This document shows, one piece after another, positions 1-9,764 of a stretch of 64,000 nt of DNA. The notes beneath the pieces were generated by a model. That model was not told where the DNA came from and did not search any database. It saw nothing but the letters and a program-made list of their open reading frames with translations. The translations under genes and the position numbers were made by a program. Each line of letters opens with the position of its first letter. The stretch's first letter is position 1. Location of the stretch: contig CP166621.1 in assembly GCA_041937185.1 (NCBI GenBank), forward strand, positions 2,452,571 through 2,516,570. Reading direction: 5' to 3'. This DNA comes from Leptolyngbya sp. BL-A-14. Lineage in GTDB: Bacteria > Cyanobacteriota > Cyanobacteriia > Leptolyngbyales > Leptolyngbyaceae.

Positions 1-1
1 T

Positions 2-598
2 AAGGCTATATTCTGCTGTTGTACCCGGTTTCTGCTCCTCAGGCACTATGCGTGCGCGCACCCGATAGTCTCCACTCTGGCGCAATGCAGTCGACCAGTT
101 ACGGCTACCCGTGTAAAGGATGGTGCCATTAGGCGCAAACACCTGTAGCTGTAAAAAGGAGCTAGTGCCGACAGTACTGAGGTAGAGCCCTTGACCCGCT
201 CTTGCATTCACCAAATAATCCCGGTACTGAGCGCCTTGTACCTTGCCGCCAACTGTTGCAGCGGATGTTCCGGGTGCAAAGGAGATGCGTTGGGTAGAAT
301 TGCCAGGAACCGTGCTACCGACACGCAATAAGTCGCCCCGAATCCAACCGCGTGCGCCAGAATTGGGAAACTCAACAAAGTACCAGCGGTAGCCATCGGG
401 TGCATTGGTCTGGTTGAGAATCGTGACGCGATCGCCCCCCAACCCGTAGTGTCGAATACTAGAACTGGTTGAAGGAGTGTCTCGTATATTCACACGACCG
501 CTTCCCTGAATGGTGCCTGTTTCGGCAAAGGCTGGCAATATTGTCGCCAACGAGATCACCAAGGCGGTCATCAAGGCTGAACCGTACTTAAGCTTCAT
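2..598 (-). CDS. Secreted bacterial SH3 (SH3b) domain protein, partial; the 3' end runs off the window start
   Basis: Hand translation of the minus strand from the ATG at 598-596 reads 199 codons with no stop down to position 2. An N-terminal signal peptide (MKLKYGSALMTALVISLATILPAFA) is followed by an SH3_3-like segment (RVNIRDTPSTSS...GYRWYFVEF...GARGWIRGDLL). It is absent from the ORF track because it is open at the window edge. Confidence 0.5.
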   Translation of the reverse strand, partial: MKLKYGSALMTALVISLATILPAFAETGTIQGSGRVNIRDTPSTSSSIRHYGLGGDRVTILNQTNAPDGYRWYFVEFPNSGARGWIRGDLLRVGSTVPGNSTQRISFAPGTSAATVGGKVQGAQYRDYLVNARAGQGLYLSTVGTSSFLQLQVFAPNGTILYTGSRNWSTALRQSGDYRVRARIVPEEQKPGTTAEYSL

Positions 599-670
599 CA
601 CAATAGAATCTGTTGGAAATATAGGGCTGAGACTATCTAAGCCCAGAATTCTTGAAACGACGCAATTTCC

Positions 671-1576
671 TCACGGCTGATGGTGTGCATGCCAATGATG
701 AGCAATATCGACCCGACGGCAGAGCCAGACGCGATCGTGCGTTTGCACATAGTCCAAAAATCTGGCTAGCGAGGCTGCACGACCAGGACGGCCTACCAGT
801 CGGCAATGTAAACCCACGCTCATCATTTTCGGCGCAGTTTCGCCTTCTGCATACAGGACATCAAAGGCGTCGCGCAGGTACGCAAAAAACTGATCGCCAG
901 AGTTGAAGCCCTGAATGCTCGCAAAGCGCATGTCGTTGTTATCAAGCGTGTAGGGAATGACGAGATGGGGCTTGCCGTAGTCGTGAACCCAATAGGGTAA
1001 ATCGTCCCCATAGCTGTCAGCATCGTAAAGAAAGTTGCCTTCTTCAACGACTAATCGGCGCGTATGAGGGCTGGTTCTGCCTGTATACCAACCGAGGGGA
1101 CGACTGCCTGTGACGTGCGTATGAATGGCGATCGCCTTTTGCAAATGCTCTCGTTCTGCGGCTTCGCCAAAGTATTTGTAATCAATCCATCGGTACCCGT
1201 GGCTGGCAATTTCCCAATCGGCTTCGAGCATGGCGGCTACGGCTTCGGGATTCCGTTCTAGCGCCATTGCCACGCCATAGACCGTGACAGGAATACCGCG
1301 ATCGGTAAACATGCGATGCAGTCGCCAAAAACCTGATCGGCTGCCGTACTCATAGCACGACTCCATGTTCATGTGACGAAGGCCGTGAAACGGAACAGCT
1401 CCCACAATTTCAGACAAAAAGGTTTCTGAGGCATCATCCCCATGCAGAATGCAGGTCTCGCCACCTTCTTCGTAATTGATCACAAACTGCACCGCAACCC
1501 GTGCCTGATTGGGCCATTGGGGATCGGGAGTATGGCGACCGTAGCCGACCATATCGCGTGGATAGTGTTCTGCCAT
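671..1576 (-). CDS. puuE: Allantoinase PuuE (polysaccharide deacetylase family; urate catabolism)
   Basis: ORF 671..1627. From the internal Met at 1576 (MAEHYPRD...) it is ~300 aa, and from memory it is near-collinear with Pseudomonas PuuE (...NYEEGGE...HGDD.SE.FLSE...SHGYRWIDY...PLGWYTGR...HLVIPYTLD.NDMRF...GLHCRL.GRP.R...). The start is probably at 1576 rather than 1627. Confidence 0.75.
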   Translation of the reverse strand: MAEHYPRDMVGYGRHTPDPQWPNQARVAVQFVINYEEGGETCILHGDDASETFLSEIVGAVPFHGLRHMNMESCYEYGSRSGFWRLHRMFTDRGIPVTVYGVAMALERNPEAVAAMLEADWEIASHGYRWIDYKYFGEAAEREHLQKAIAIHTHVTGSRPLGWYTGRTSPHTRRLVVEEGNFLYDADSYGDDLPYWVHDYGKPHLVIPYTLDNNDMRFASIQGFNSGDQFFAYLRDAFDVLYAEGETAPKMMSVGLHCRLVGRPGRAASLARFLDYVQTHDRVWLCRRVDIAHHWHAHHQP

Positions 1577-1680
1577 AGCGTCATTAAAATGGGTTGGCAG
1601 TGAGTTTACCGCGATCGGACACCCCAAAACGCATCACCGTACGCACGTTTGCAAGATTGAGGGGAGGAGAGGAATAAAGA

Positions 1681-1852
1681 TGAGGGATAAAAGATCAAAG
1701 TTTTGAGTTTTGAGTTTTGAGTTTAGAAGTTGGAAGGCAGCTTTTTAGCCTTTAGCCTTTAGCCTTTCATCTCTTGCCCTCTGCCTTCTGCCTCCTACCC
1801 TCTGCCTCCTGCCCTCTGCCTTCTGCCTTCTGCCTCCTCACTGTGCCAAGAT
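1681..1852. repeat. STRR-like tandem heptanucleotide arrays (GTTTTGA x3; AGCCTTT x3; CTGCCTY ~x8)
   Basis: Direct reading shows consecutive 7-nt units in an intergenic gap. Confidence 0.85.
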
Positions 1853-1882
1853 TGAATTAACGCAAGTCTCTCTGGAGGCACG

Positions 1883-2425
1883 ATGACTCTCACTGTTAAA
1901 GACCTGGAGAAACTACAGGAGCAAATCCCTGACCACCGTCTAGAACTGGTGGATGGGAAAATTATTGTGATGAGTCCATCAGGATATGAATCCGATGAAG
2001 TTGCGATCAGAATGGCGGCCAAGATGTTTAACTGGGTGGACGATCGCCGTTTGGGACGTGTGACGGGTTCAAGCGCTGGCTTTACGTTGCCAAATGCGGA
2101 CACTCGTGCGCCAGATGTTTCCTTTGTGCTGGCAGAACGGTTGCGTAAAAGCCCTCGCAGCTTTGCTGAACTGGCTCCTGATTTAATGGTTGAAGTGAAA
2201 TCGCCAACCGACAGTTTGGCAAAATTGAGGGAAAAGATTGACGAGTTCTTAAGTCTGGGCACCCGCGTAGGCATTCTCATTAACCCAGAGCAGCGGTGGG
2301 TTGAGGTGCGTCGATCGCTCCAGGAACCCATCACGTTACATGATGGCGATACGCTGACCGTTCCCGATCTCCTTTCTGGTTGGGAAGTGCAGATTTCAGA
2401 ACTGTGGGCACCAGAATTTGATTGA
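1883..2425 (+). CDS. Uma2 family (DUF820) putative restriction-endonuclease-like protein
   Basis: 180 aa with the typical Uma2 pattern: ...LELVDGKIIVMSPSGYESDEV...PDVSFV...PDLMVEVKSPTDS... Confidence 0.75.
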   Translation: MTLTVKDLEKLQEQIPDHRLELVDGKIIVMSPSGYESDEVAIRMAAKMFNWVDDRRLGRVTGSSAGFTLPNADTRAPDVSFVLAERLRKSPRSFAELAPDLMVEVKSPTDSLAKLREKIDEFLSLGTRVGILINPEQRWVEVRRSLQEPITLHDGDTLTVPDLLSGWEVQISELWAPEFD

Positions 2426-2625
2426 ATTTAGTTGCCAATCGTGCGTGCGATCTCCAGCCCCGTGCATACCCATACCCTGTCCCCTATCTCCTATCCCCTT
2501 CTTCCATAATCCAACTGGGTGACGGCTCAATCACCTTAAACGTTCGCCCTCGCAGGCGAAGGACTGACAGGCTGTTAGCCAGTATTCTAAGAGCATAGAT
2601 CAGGTACTTTCAGGTACAAAGATCT

Positions 2626-2657
2626 GAGACCTGACAGGGGGCTGTCAGGTCTTTTTT
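2626..2657 (+). terminator. Rho-independent terminator (GACCTGACAG-gggg-CTGTCAGGTC followed by T7)
   Basis: Perfect 10-bp stem, 4-nt loop and a T-run on the plus strand. Confidence 0.6.
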
Positions 2658-2675
2658 TGTTTGCAGTTTTTGGGT

Positions 2676-3200
2676 TTAACCAGGTGCAACGAGAGCTTCC
2701 AAACGGAATTGAGCAATCTGTGCAATTTCGGTAAGGGCCTGGGTTGCTTCAGCCTCAGGTGTGTTATGCAACCGCTGATCGAAGGCGTCCAGAATGCTGG
2801 CTTTAGTGTGTTTTTTGACCGCAATGATAAACGGAAAGCCAAACTTTGCTTTGTACGCTTCGTTTGCAGTGTGGAAGCGATCGTACTCAGCAGGCGTCAG
2901 GCGATCGAGCCCTACACTTGCTTGCTCCTGCACCGAGGCATCCGCCATTTTGGCCTTGCTGCCTAAATCGGGGTGTGCCCGTATCAAGGCCAGTTGTTCT
3001 GCTGGTGCCATTTGCTGGACGATCGCCACCATAGCCTGATGCAAGTCTGCCACGGTTGCAAAAGGTTTCTGCATCCAGGCTTTAGAGGCGATCGCCGGGG
3101 TATCTTCAAAGATGGCACCCAGAACGGCGACAAATTCATCCTGCGACATCTGGTTTAGCTGTGCGATCGAGTAAGGCATGGGATTAGGAGGCTTTGGCAA
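2676..3200 (-). CDS. uraD: OHCU decarboxylase (2-oxo-4-hydroxy-4-carboxy-5-ureidoimidazoline decarboxylase)
   Basis: 174 aa with the HP(D)LG motif (IRAHPDLGSKA), the family-typical size and end ...FPFII. The start is possibly the Met at 3179, which would avoid the 17-nt overlap with the upstream gene. Confidence 0.7.
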   Translation of the reverse strand: MPKPPNPMPYSIAQLNQMSQDEFVAVLGAIFEDTPAIASKAWMQKPFATVADLHQAMVAIVQQMAPAEQLALIRAHPDLGSKAKMADASVQEQASVGLDRLTPAEYDRFHTANEAYKAKFGFPFIIAVKKHTKASILDAFDQRLHNTPEAEATQALTEIAQIAQFRLEALVAPG

Positions 3201-4317
3201 ACTTGAACAGGTTCAGCGGCTGCGTTTGCAACGCCCGCTCAGGGAGGGCTAAGCCAAACCCTTGTCCATAATCCACGCCTAGTGTACGACAAAACTCAAT
3301 ATCCTCAGATGTTTCCAGCCCTTCTGCCAGCACCTCAATGTCTAACTCATGGGCTGAACCTAACAAACTTTTGAGCAACACCTGCTTCAAGGTCTGCTGG
3401 CCGCAGCCGGAAACTAAATGACGATCGAGCTTAATAATATCTGGCTGAAATTCCATAAAGTAGTGGTCAGCTGTCACATTACTGCACAAATCATCTACCG
3501 CAAACCGAAAGCCCCACGTGCGTAGATGGGTGATCAGACCATACAGGTTCGGATTGTGAATCAAGGTTTCGACTTCGGTTAGCTCAAAAACGATTTGCTG
3601 TGGTTGCAAGCCCAGTTCAATGACCTGCTGTATGCTCTGCTCAAAAGCTCTGGGATCATGAAGGATAGTATTGGGGAGAATGTTGATAAAGAACGTCGGT
3701 GGTTCTATCGTTGCTGCACGGCTCGACCCCAATTGCGCGATCGACTCAATGCAAACCCCACGTGCGGTGTCATCAAATTCTCGCAGTAAGTTTAAGGACA
3801 ACGCCGCGTCAATCAACTGTTGTCCACTAAAGTAGCGCCCTTGTACACAACGTGCCCTCGCCAGGCATTCATACCCGATCACGTGCCCCTGTTGCAAATT
3901 AAAAATGGGCTGATATTTGAAGAAGAGGCTGCGTTGCGCCAGCACTTGTAGAAACCAGGCATATCGGGCTGATTCTGTAATGGTATTGAGGGGCTGAGCA
4001 TCTAAAAACTCGACCAATAGTGCTTTAGAATCCAGAGCCGATCGCGTCATGCAGTAGCGCGAATACAACTGCCCCGCTTCTGAAAGCGTCTGGCTCATCC
4101 ACAAGAAGGTTTCTGTAAGCTGATCGCGCGTCGTGGCCAGGTACAGAAGCTGTGGCACAAACGGCAATGGTTGAAACCCAATTAAGCTAAGGTCATGAGC
4201 TGTTTTCAGGTCATGCGGTTGCACAACAAGGTTGAGCGGATTGGTTAATGGAGTTTCAGGATGAAGCAATGGAATAGCCCTCGACTTCCTGGAAAGCAAT
4301 AACGTTAGACCAAGCAT
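3184..4317 (-). CDS. EAL-domain protein (putative c-di-GMP phosphodiesterase)
   Basis: EAL signatures are present: QPIFNL..G.VIGYECLAR, ELTE, FAVDD, EVLAEGLET/EGVE-like, GVDYGQG. Confidence 0.7.
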   Translation of the reverse strand: MLGLTLLLSRKSRAIPLLHPETPLTNPLNLVVQPHDLKTAHDLSLIGFQPLPFVPQLLYLATTRDQLTETFLWMSQTLSEAGQLYSRYCMTRSALDSKALLVEFLDAQPLNTITESARYAWFLQVLAQRSLFFKYQPIFNLQQGHVIGYECLARARCVQGRYFSGQQLIDAALSLNLLREFDDTARGVCIESIAQLGSSRAATIEPPTFFINILPNTILHDPRAFEQSIQQVIELGLQPQQIVFELTEVETLIHNPNLYGLITHLRTWGFRFAVDDLCSNVTADHYFMEFQPDIIKLDRHLVSGCGQQTLKQVLLKSLLGSAHELDIEVLAEGLETSEDIEFCRTLGVDYGQGFGLALPERALQTQPLNLFKFAKAS

Positions 4318-4588
4318 CTGCTAAAACGGCCTTTCGCTAACATAGGTACTATACCGCCTTCCCTAGCAAAAAATGGCAGCAAAAGCCACAGCAAAAGCTA
4401 TGAATTTTTAAAAAGTGGCTTATGGGTTGAAACCTTATTTTCTGCAGCTGTAAAAATTTTATTGCAGACGATCGAGGCCTTCATGCCTACCGTTCTCATC
4501 ACGCTACAGGTAGCAATCGTCCTCCTTTCTCTCTGGTGTTGCTCCTTATAAGGTGGGCATAATAGCAACGTCAAAATAAGCCAGACTA

Positions 4589-7500
4589 ATGGACTATCAA
4601 CGGTTTAAACAACAGTTGCCCACGCTCTACCACCACTGGGGCAATGAAGCAGTGCAACCACAAGATCCCCAGTTTCAAGCAATCTTGCAGCGCATCCAGG
4701 GGATGACTACCGCTAATGTGCTGCAACTGTTGAACTTTGCCGTTGCTTGTATGGAACCCGGTGAGGTGTATTGTGAAGTGGGCTGCTTCCAGGGGTCTAC
4801 CTTGACTGGAGCCTTACTCAATCACCCCGATTGTCTGGCCTACGCGATCGACAATTTTTCGGAATTTGATGTCGCTCACGAAAATCAGTCGAAACTGATG
4901 CAAAACTTAGCGACGTTTGGTTTAGAAGAGCAAGTTTTCTTCTGTGATCAGGATTTTGAAGCGTTCTTTGCCGATCTGCGATCGCTCAACCCCGTTGAGC
5001 GGATTGGTGTTTACCTGTATGACGGTGCCCACGACTACCGATCGCAACTGATGGGCTTACTGCTGGCAAAACCCTTCCTTGCCGATCGTGCTCTCATCAT
5101 TGTTGACGACAGCAATTGGGATCCCGTGCAGCAAGCCAATTGGGACTTCATTGCAGCCCATCCTCAATGCAGCCTGCTGTTAGATTTGCCTACGCCTGGT
5201 AACGGTCATCCCACCTTCTGGAATGGGCTACAGATTTTAAGCTGGGATGCGCAGGCAACCCACCACTACGACTGGTCAACGCTGCAAGCAGCGAGCAAGC
5301 CTGCTTTTATTCAAGTGATGTCTCATCTTTCTGTGCCATCAGAAGCAGTGCCCGGTGGTGCGAAGGCAGATGTAACGCCAAAAACCGATGATGGCATCAA
5401 ACGACGTTATGCAGAAGCCTTACGCTTACGGGAAGCAGGGCAACTTTTAGAAGCAGCGCAAGCCTTTGAGGCCATTGTGCAGCAGGATGCCCAGCAACCC
5501 GACAGTTGGCACGGGTTAGGGGTGACGTATGCTCTGATGGCACGTGAGGATGAGGCCTTGAGCGCATTGTCTCAGGCAATCGCCCTTCAGCCTTCGATCG
5601 CCTCCTATCACTACAGTCTGGGGATCGTACTCGAAAAAATGAGCGATATTGGTGCGGCGGCTCAAGCCTATCAACAAGCGATCGCACTGGATGCTACCTT
5701 CATTGACGCCTACAACAATTTAGGAAATTTAATTCTCGCGTATGGCGACGCACCGCAGGCAGAACGGTACTATCGGCAAGCGATCGCCCTACATCCCAAA
5801 CATGCTGGCACCTACCTTAATTTAGGTAATTCACTGCTTGCACAGCAGGATTTAGACGGGGCGATCGCAACGTACCAAACTGCCCTGCAACTCAATCCTC
5901 ATGATGCAGACTTGCTAGAAAACCTGTCCTTTGCTCAACAGCTACGGCAAGACCCGCCACAAGCAGCGCTCTACTTTGGCGATCGCTGCTATCAACAGCA
6001 AAAGTATGAAGCTGCCTTAGAACACTATCAGCAAGTTGCCCAAAAGCAGGTAGGAAACGTTAATTTCTATCAATCCCTGGCAACCTGTTACAAAAAACTA
6101 GAGCAGCTTGATGCGGCGATCGAGACTTACCATCAAGGCTTGACTCATTACCCAAAAGAACTCGCTCTCTATTTAGCGCTCATTGCTGAGCTTCAAAATG
6201 CAGGCAAGTTAGAAGAAGCCATACAAATTGCAACAGACGCAACGCAATTATTTCCTGACAATATCGCCTTGAAGCTTGAAAAGCAGCGCTTGTTACCTTT
6301 GATTTATCAAACGGCTGAGGAGATTTCAGCTTATCGATCGCGCTATGCACAAGCGCTAGATGCCTTAGTCAAACAAACCACGTTTGAAACGTTTGAACAC
6401 TATCAAACAGCGTTAGAAGGCATTGGACGAGGCACCAATTTTTTGCTGTCTTACCAGGGGAAAAACGACCTCGAGTTGCAAAAGCAATATGGTGAGTTTG
6501 CCCATCAAATCATGGCAGAGAACTATCCTCAGTGGAGCCAATCTCTACCGCTAAAGCCACTTAACCCTGGTGAAAAAATTCGGGTTGGTTACGTCTCTGG
6601 TTGTCTGTGGGAGCACACTGTTGGCAAGCTCATGATTGGCTGGTTGCGTCACCACGATTCAGAAGCGTTTGAACTATACACCTACAACGTTCGTGATTGT
6701 TACGATCAATTGACTCAAGAGTATCGTGCTTATAGCGATCGTTTCTATCAAATGCCTCAAGACTTAGAACCGATTTGCAAACAGATTATTGAGAACCAAT
6801 TACACATCCTGGTCTTTTTTGATCTGGGAATGCAGGGGTTAATGACGCAACTAGCCGGACTGCGATTGGCACCGATTCAATGTTCTACCTGGGCACATCC
6901 CGTTACGTCTGGATTACCCACTGTGGACTATTTTTTATCCAGCGAGTTAATGGAACCAGAAAATGCGGAGGATCATTACTCGGAAACGCTCATTCGGTTG
7001 CCAAAGATTGGAATTTCCTATGCGCAACCCCTCATTCCACCCCCAACAAAAACACGCGCTGCTTTTGGGCTGCGTGAGGATGCCGTTGTGTATTTAGCGT
7101 GTCAGTTATTGTGTAAGCTATTGCCACAGCATGACTATCTTTTTGCCGCGATCGCCCGTCATGTACCCAACGCGCAGTTTGTTTTTATTGCCCGTCCATC
7201 CAGTGCTTACGTGTTGGAACAGTTCAACCAACGCCTGAAACGAGCCTTTGCCAGCTTTGGGTTAGAGAGTGAGGATTACTGCGTTCTGTTGCCGCCGCAA
7301 AACCAGGCAGATTACTGGGATTTGAACCAGCGATCGGATGTTTTCCTTGACAGTTTGGGTTGGTCAGGTGGACACACCACGCTAGAGGCGATCGCGTGCA
7401 ACCTGCCAGTAGTCACCTGTCCTGGCGAATTTATGCGAGGTCGCCATTCCTACGGTATTCTTCAAGCACTAGGTGTTACGGAGACGATCGCGCAAACCGA

Positions 7501-7669
7501 AGCCGCTTATATTGAAATCGCCGCGCGTTTAGGACAAGAGCCCGCCTGGAGACAGCAGCTAGGGGCAACCATGCGCGATCGCTATGCCAATTTGTATGAC
7601 GATCGTACCTGTGTTGCCGCACTGGAAGCGTTCTACCAGCAAGCGTTAAATGACGCAACCAAGCTATAA
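4589..7669 (+). CDS. Three-domain protein: TylF/MycF-type class I SAM methyltransferase (N-term), TPR repeats, OGT/SPINDLY-like GT41 glycosyltransferase (C-term)
   Basis: N-terminus has EVGCFQGST and YLYDGAHDY (Methyltransf_24-like). The central part has many 34-aa TPR-like repeats (AYNNLGN, YLNLGN...). The C-terminus has RVGYVSG...HTVGKL and WAHPVTSGLPTVDYFLSS (GT41-like). Confidence 0.65.
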   Translation: MDYQRFKQQLPTLYHHWGNEAVQPQDPQFQAILQRIQGMTTANVLQLLNFAVACMEPGEVYCEVGCFQGSTLTGALLNHPDCLAYAIDNFSEFDVAHENQSKLMQNLATFGLEEQVFFCDQDFEAFFADLRSLNPVERIGVYLYDGAHDYRSQLMGLLLAKPFLADRALIIVDDSNWDPVQQANWDFIAAHPQCSLLLDLPTPGNGHPTFWNGLQILSWDAQATHHYDWSTLQAASKPAFIQVMSHLSVPSEAVPGGAKADVTPKTDDGIKRRYAEALRLREAGQLLEAAQAFEAIVQQDAQQPDSWHGLGVTYALMAREDEALSALSQAIALQPSIASYHYSLGIVLEKMSDIGAAAQAYQQAIALDATFIDAYNNLGNLILAYGDAPQAERYYRQAIALHPKHAGTYLNLGNSLLAQQDLDGAIATYQTALQLNPHDADLLENLSFAQQLRQDPPQAALYFGDRCYQQQKYEAALEHYQQVAQKQVGNVNFYQSLATCYKKLEQLDAAIETYHQGLTHYPKELALYLALIAELQNAGKLEEAIQIATDATQLFPDNIALKLEKQRLLPLIYQTAEEISAYRSRYAQALDALVKQTTFETFEHYQTALEGIGRGTNFLLSYQGKNDLELQKQYGEFAHQIMAENYPQWSQSLPLKPLNPGEKIRVGYVSGCLWEHTVGKLMIGWLRHHDSEAFELYTYNVRDCYDQLTQEYRAYSDRFYQMPQDLEPICKQIIENQLHILVFFDLGMQGLMTQLAGLRLAPIQCSTWAHPVTSGLPTVDYFLSSELMEPENAEDHYSETLIRLPKIGISYAQPLIPPPTKTRAAFGLREDAVVYLACQLLCKLLPQHDYLFAAIARHVPNAQFVFIARPSSAYVLEQFNQRLKRAFASFGLESEDYCVLLPPQNQADYWDLNQRSDVFLDSLGWSGGHTTLEAIACNLPVVTCPGEFMRGRHSYGILQALGVTETIAQTEAAYIEIAARLGQEPAWRQQLGATMRDRYANLYDDRTCVAALEAFYQQALNDATKL

Positions 7670-7699
7670 CAACGACCCTGTTTCGTTTGGTCGTGTACG

Positions 7700-7740
7700 G
7701 CGCTGACTCCCCACTCCCGACCCTCGACTCCCCACACCCT
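7700..7740. repeat. STRR-like heptamer array (GACTCCC/CACTCCC units), reverse complement of the GGGAGTS units at 8716
   Basis: Direct reading of an intergenic tandem of 7-mers. Confidence 0.7.
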
Positions 7741-7770
7741 AATTTCCTGCTCACAACTTAGGACTGCTGT

Positions 7771-8715
7771 ATGGATAGAGAACCTGTTGCTGCTGAAACG
7801 ACCGCGTCTACTCAGACTTTGGGACAGGTTTTAGGCATTGATCTGGGCGGTAGCGCCATTAAATTAGGACGCTTTAACCAGGATGGTCGCTGCTTACAGT
7901 CGCTAACAGTGCCGACTCCTCAGCCTGCTACCCCTGATGCGGTTTTGGTGGCAATGCTTGATGCGATCGCCCAGGTTGATCCAGATCATCAGGCAATCGC
8001 GATCGGCGTGGGTACCCCCGGGCCTGCCGACGCCACCGGACGCATTGCAAGAGTAGCAATTAACCTGGCAGACTGGCACGATGTCCCCCTGGCAGAGTGG
8101 CTTGAAGTCAAGACTGACCGTCCTACCGTGTTGGCTAACGATGCTAACTGTGCGGGGTTGGGTGAAGCGTGGCTGGGCGCAGGACGTTGGTATCGCAACC
8201 TGATTTTGCTGACGTTAGGGACTGGGGTTGGAGGCGCAATTATTCTGGATGGCAGGTTGTTTACCGGGCATCACGGCGCAGCAGGCGAACTCGGTTTGAT
8301 TACGCTGAACCCAGACGGACCGCCCTGCAACAGTGGCAATCGTGGGTCGCTAGAGCAATACGCCTCCGTGCCAGCGATTCGACGACGAACCGGGATGGAA
8401 CCTGATGAGTTGAGTGCGCTAGCGATCGCAGGTGATGCCAAAGCCTTGGCATTCTGGCAGGAGTACGGGCGCGATTTAGGCGCAGGGTTGGCAAGTTTGG
8501 TATACGTGCTGACTCCAGAAGCGATCGTCATCGGTGGCGGTGTCTGCGCCAGTGCCGATCTTTTCTTTCCAGCGATCCAGGCGGAACTGGAACAGCGAGT
8601 CTTACCCAGTTCGCGAGCCGGACTGCAACTGTTGCGGGCAGAGCTAGGCAATCAGGCTGGTATGGTCGGCGCAGCGCGGTTGGCGTGGCAAAAGCATTTG
8701 GAAGCGGCACGTTAG
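7771..8715 (+). CDS. ROK family sugar kinase (glucokinase-like)
   Basis: GIDLGGSAIKLG N-terminal ATP motif and ROK-like LTLGTGVGGAIILDGRLFTGHHGAAGELG. Confidence 0.75.
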   Translation: MDREPVAAETTASTQTLGQVLGIDLGGSAIKLGRFNQDGRCLQSLTVPTPQPATPDAVLVAMLDAIAQVDPDHQAIAIGVGTPGPADATGRIARVAINLADWHDVPLAEWLEVKTDRPTVLANDANCAGLGEAWLGAGRWYRNLILLTLGTGVGGAIILDGRLFTGHHGAAGELGLITLNPDGPPCNSGNRGSLEQYASVPAIRRRTGMEPDELSALAIAGDAKALAFWQEYGRDLGAGLASLVYVLTPEAIVIGGGVCASADLFFPAIQAELEQRVLPSSRAGLQLLRAELGNQAGMVGAARLAWQKHLEAAR

Positions 8716-8852
8716 ATGTGGGGAGTGGGGAGTCGGGAGTGGGGAGTGGGGAGTCGGGAGTGGGGAAGGCTAAAGGATGAAGGCTAAAGGATGAAGGCTA
8801 AAGGCTAAAGAATTAGGTCACTTCTGCCTTCTGCCTTCTGCCCTCTGCCTTC
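8716..8852. repeat. Composite STRR-like heptamer arrays (GTGGGGA/GTCGGGA x7; AGGCTAA/AGGATGA x6; CTTCTGC x4)
   Basis: Direct reading. The AAAGGCT/AGCCTTT and CTGCC units recur at 1.7 kb and 63.05 kb. Confidence 0.85.
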
Positions 8853-8858
8853 CTCTGT

Positions 8859-9764
8859 CTATACGCCTAACTTTTCCAACACCGATCGCGTTGAGACAAT
8901 ATGCCGATCGAGTCCCAGCGCTTTTGGGTCAACGCCTAGCGCGAGCGCGATTAGCTGAGGCAAGTGAAGTACGGGCAGACCGAGCTTTTTCCCAATTACG
9001 TTCTCGACTTCGGGTTGGCGAGAGTCCAGGTTCAGGTGGCACAGGGGGCAGGGAGTGACCATGCAATCGGCTCCTTGCGCGATCGCATCCTGAAGGTGCA
9101 TCCCGGCCATCTTGAAGGACTGATCGGTGGCGTAGCTGGAGAGGGGCCAGCCGCAGCATTGGGTGCGTCCGCGATACAGGACGGGGGTAGCGCCGATCGC
9201 GCGAAAGACATTCTCCATTGACTGCGGATTGTAGGGATCGTCGTAAGGCAAGTGATCTTGAGCACGCAGCAAGTAGCAGCCGTAGAAGGCAGCGCATTTC
9301 AGCCCTGACAGTTTGCGAGTTACTTTAGCAGCAAGGGCATCCAACCCATAGTCACCGACGATCGCCCACAGCAAATGTTTGACATCCGTACTGCCTTTGT
9401 AGGGCGAGCAGCCTTCGTGTTTGAGCAAACCGTTGATGCGATCAACATAGGCAGGGTCACTTGTCTGCCTTTCTTTGAGCCGCTCATCCACATGCCCAAT
9501 CACGCCCTGACACGTGCTGCAATGCGTAAGCAGCGGCAGATTCAGCGATTCTGCCAGGGCAATATTGCGGGCATTGACCGTATCTTCTAAAAACTGAGAA
9601 TCTTCTTTGAACGTGCCCGAACCGCAGCAGGATGCCTTCTTAAGCTCAATCAGCTCGATACCGAGTGCCTGAGTCAGCGCTTGCGTTGATTGGTGCAATT
9701 CTCGACAAGCTCCCTGAGCGACACACCCTGGGAAGTAGGCGTATTTGAGAGTAGACTCTAACAT
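8859..9764 (-). CDS. Heterodisulfide reductase subunit B-like protein with two CCG domains (the cyanobacterial HdrB/SdhC-like family)
   Basis: Cys-rich CCG-type motifs are present: ...CCGSG..., ...CCGWP..., PCPLCHLNLD. Confidence 0.6.
   Translation of the reverse strand: MLESTLKYAYFPGCVAQGACRELHQSTQALTQALGIELIELKKASCCGSGTFKEDSQFLEDTVNARNIALAESLNLPLLTHCSTCQGVIGHVDERLKERQTSDPAYVDRINGLLKHEGCSPYKGSTDVKHLLWAIVGDYGLDALAAKVTRKLSGLKCAAFYGCYLLRAQDHLPYDDPYNPQSMENVFRAIGATPVLYRGRTQCCGWPLSSYATDQSFKMAGMHLQDAIAQGADCMVTPCPLCHLNLDSRQPEVENVIGKKLGLPVLHLPQLIALALGVDPKALGLDRHIVSTRSVLEKLGV

Noticed and set aside
1681-8852. Heptamer tandem arrays considered as possible CRISPR arrays
   Set aside because: Units are 7 nt, directly abutting with no spacers, and there are no cas genes. 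STRR-type microsatellites.
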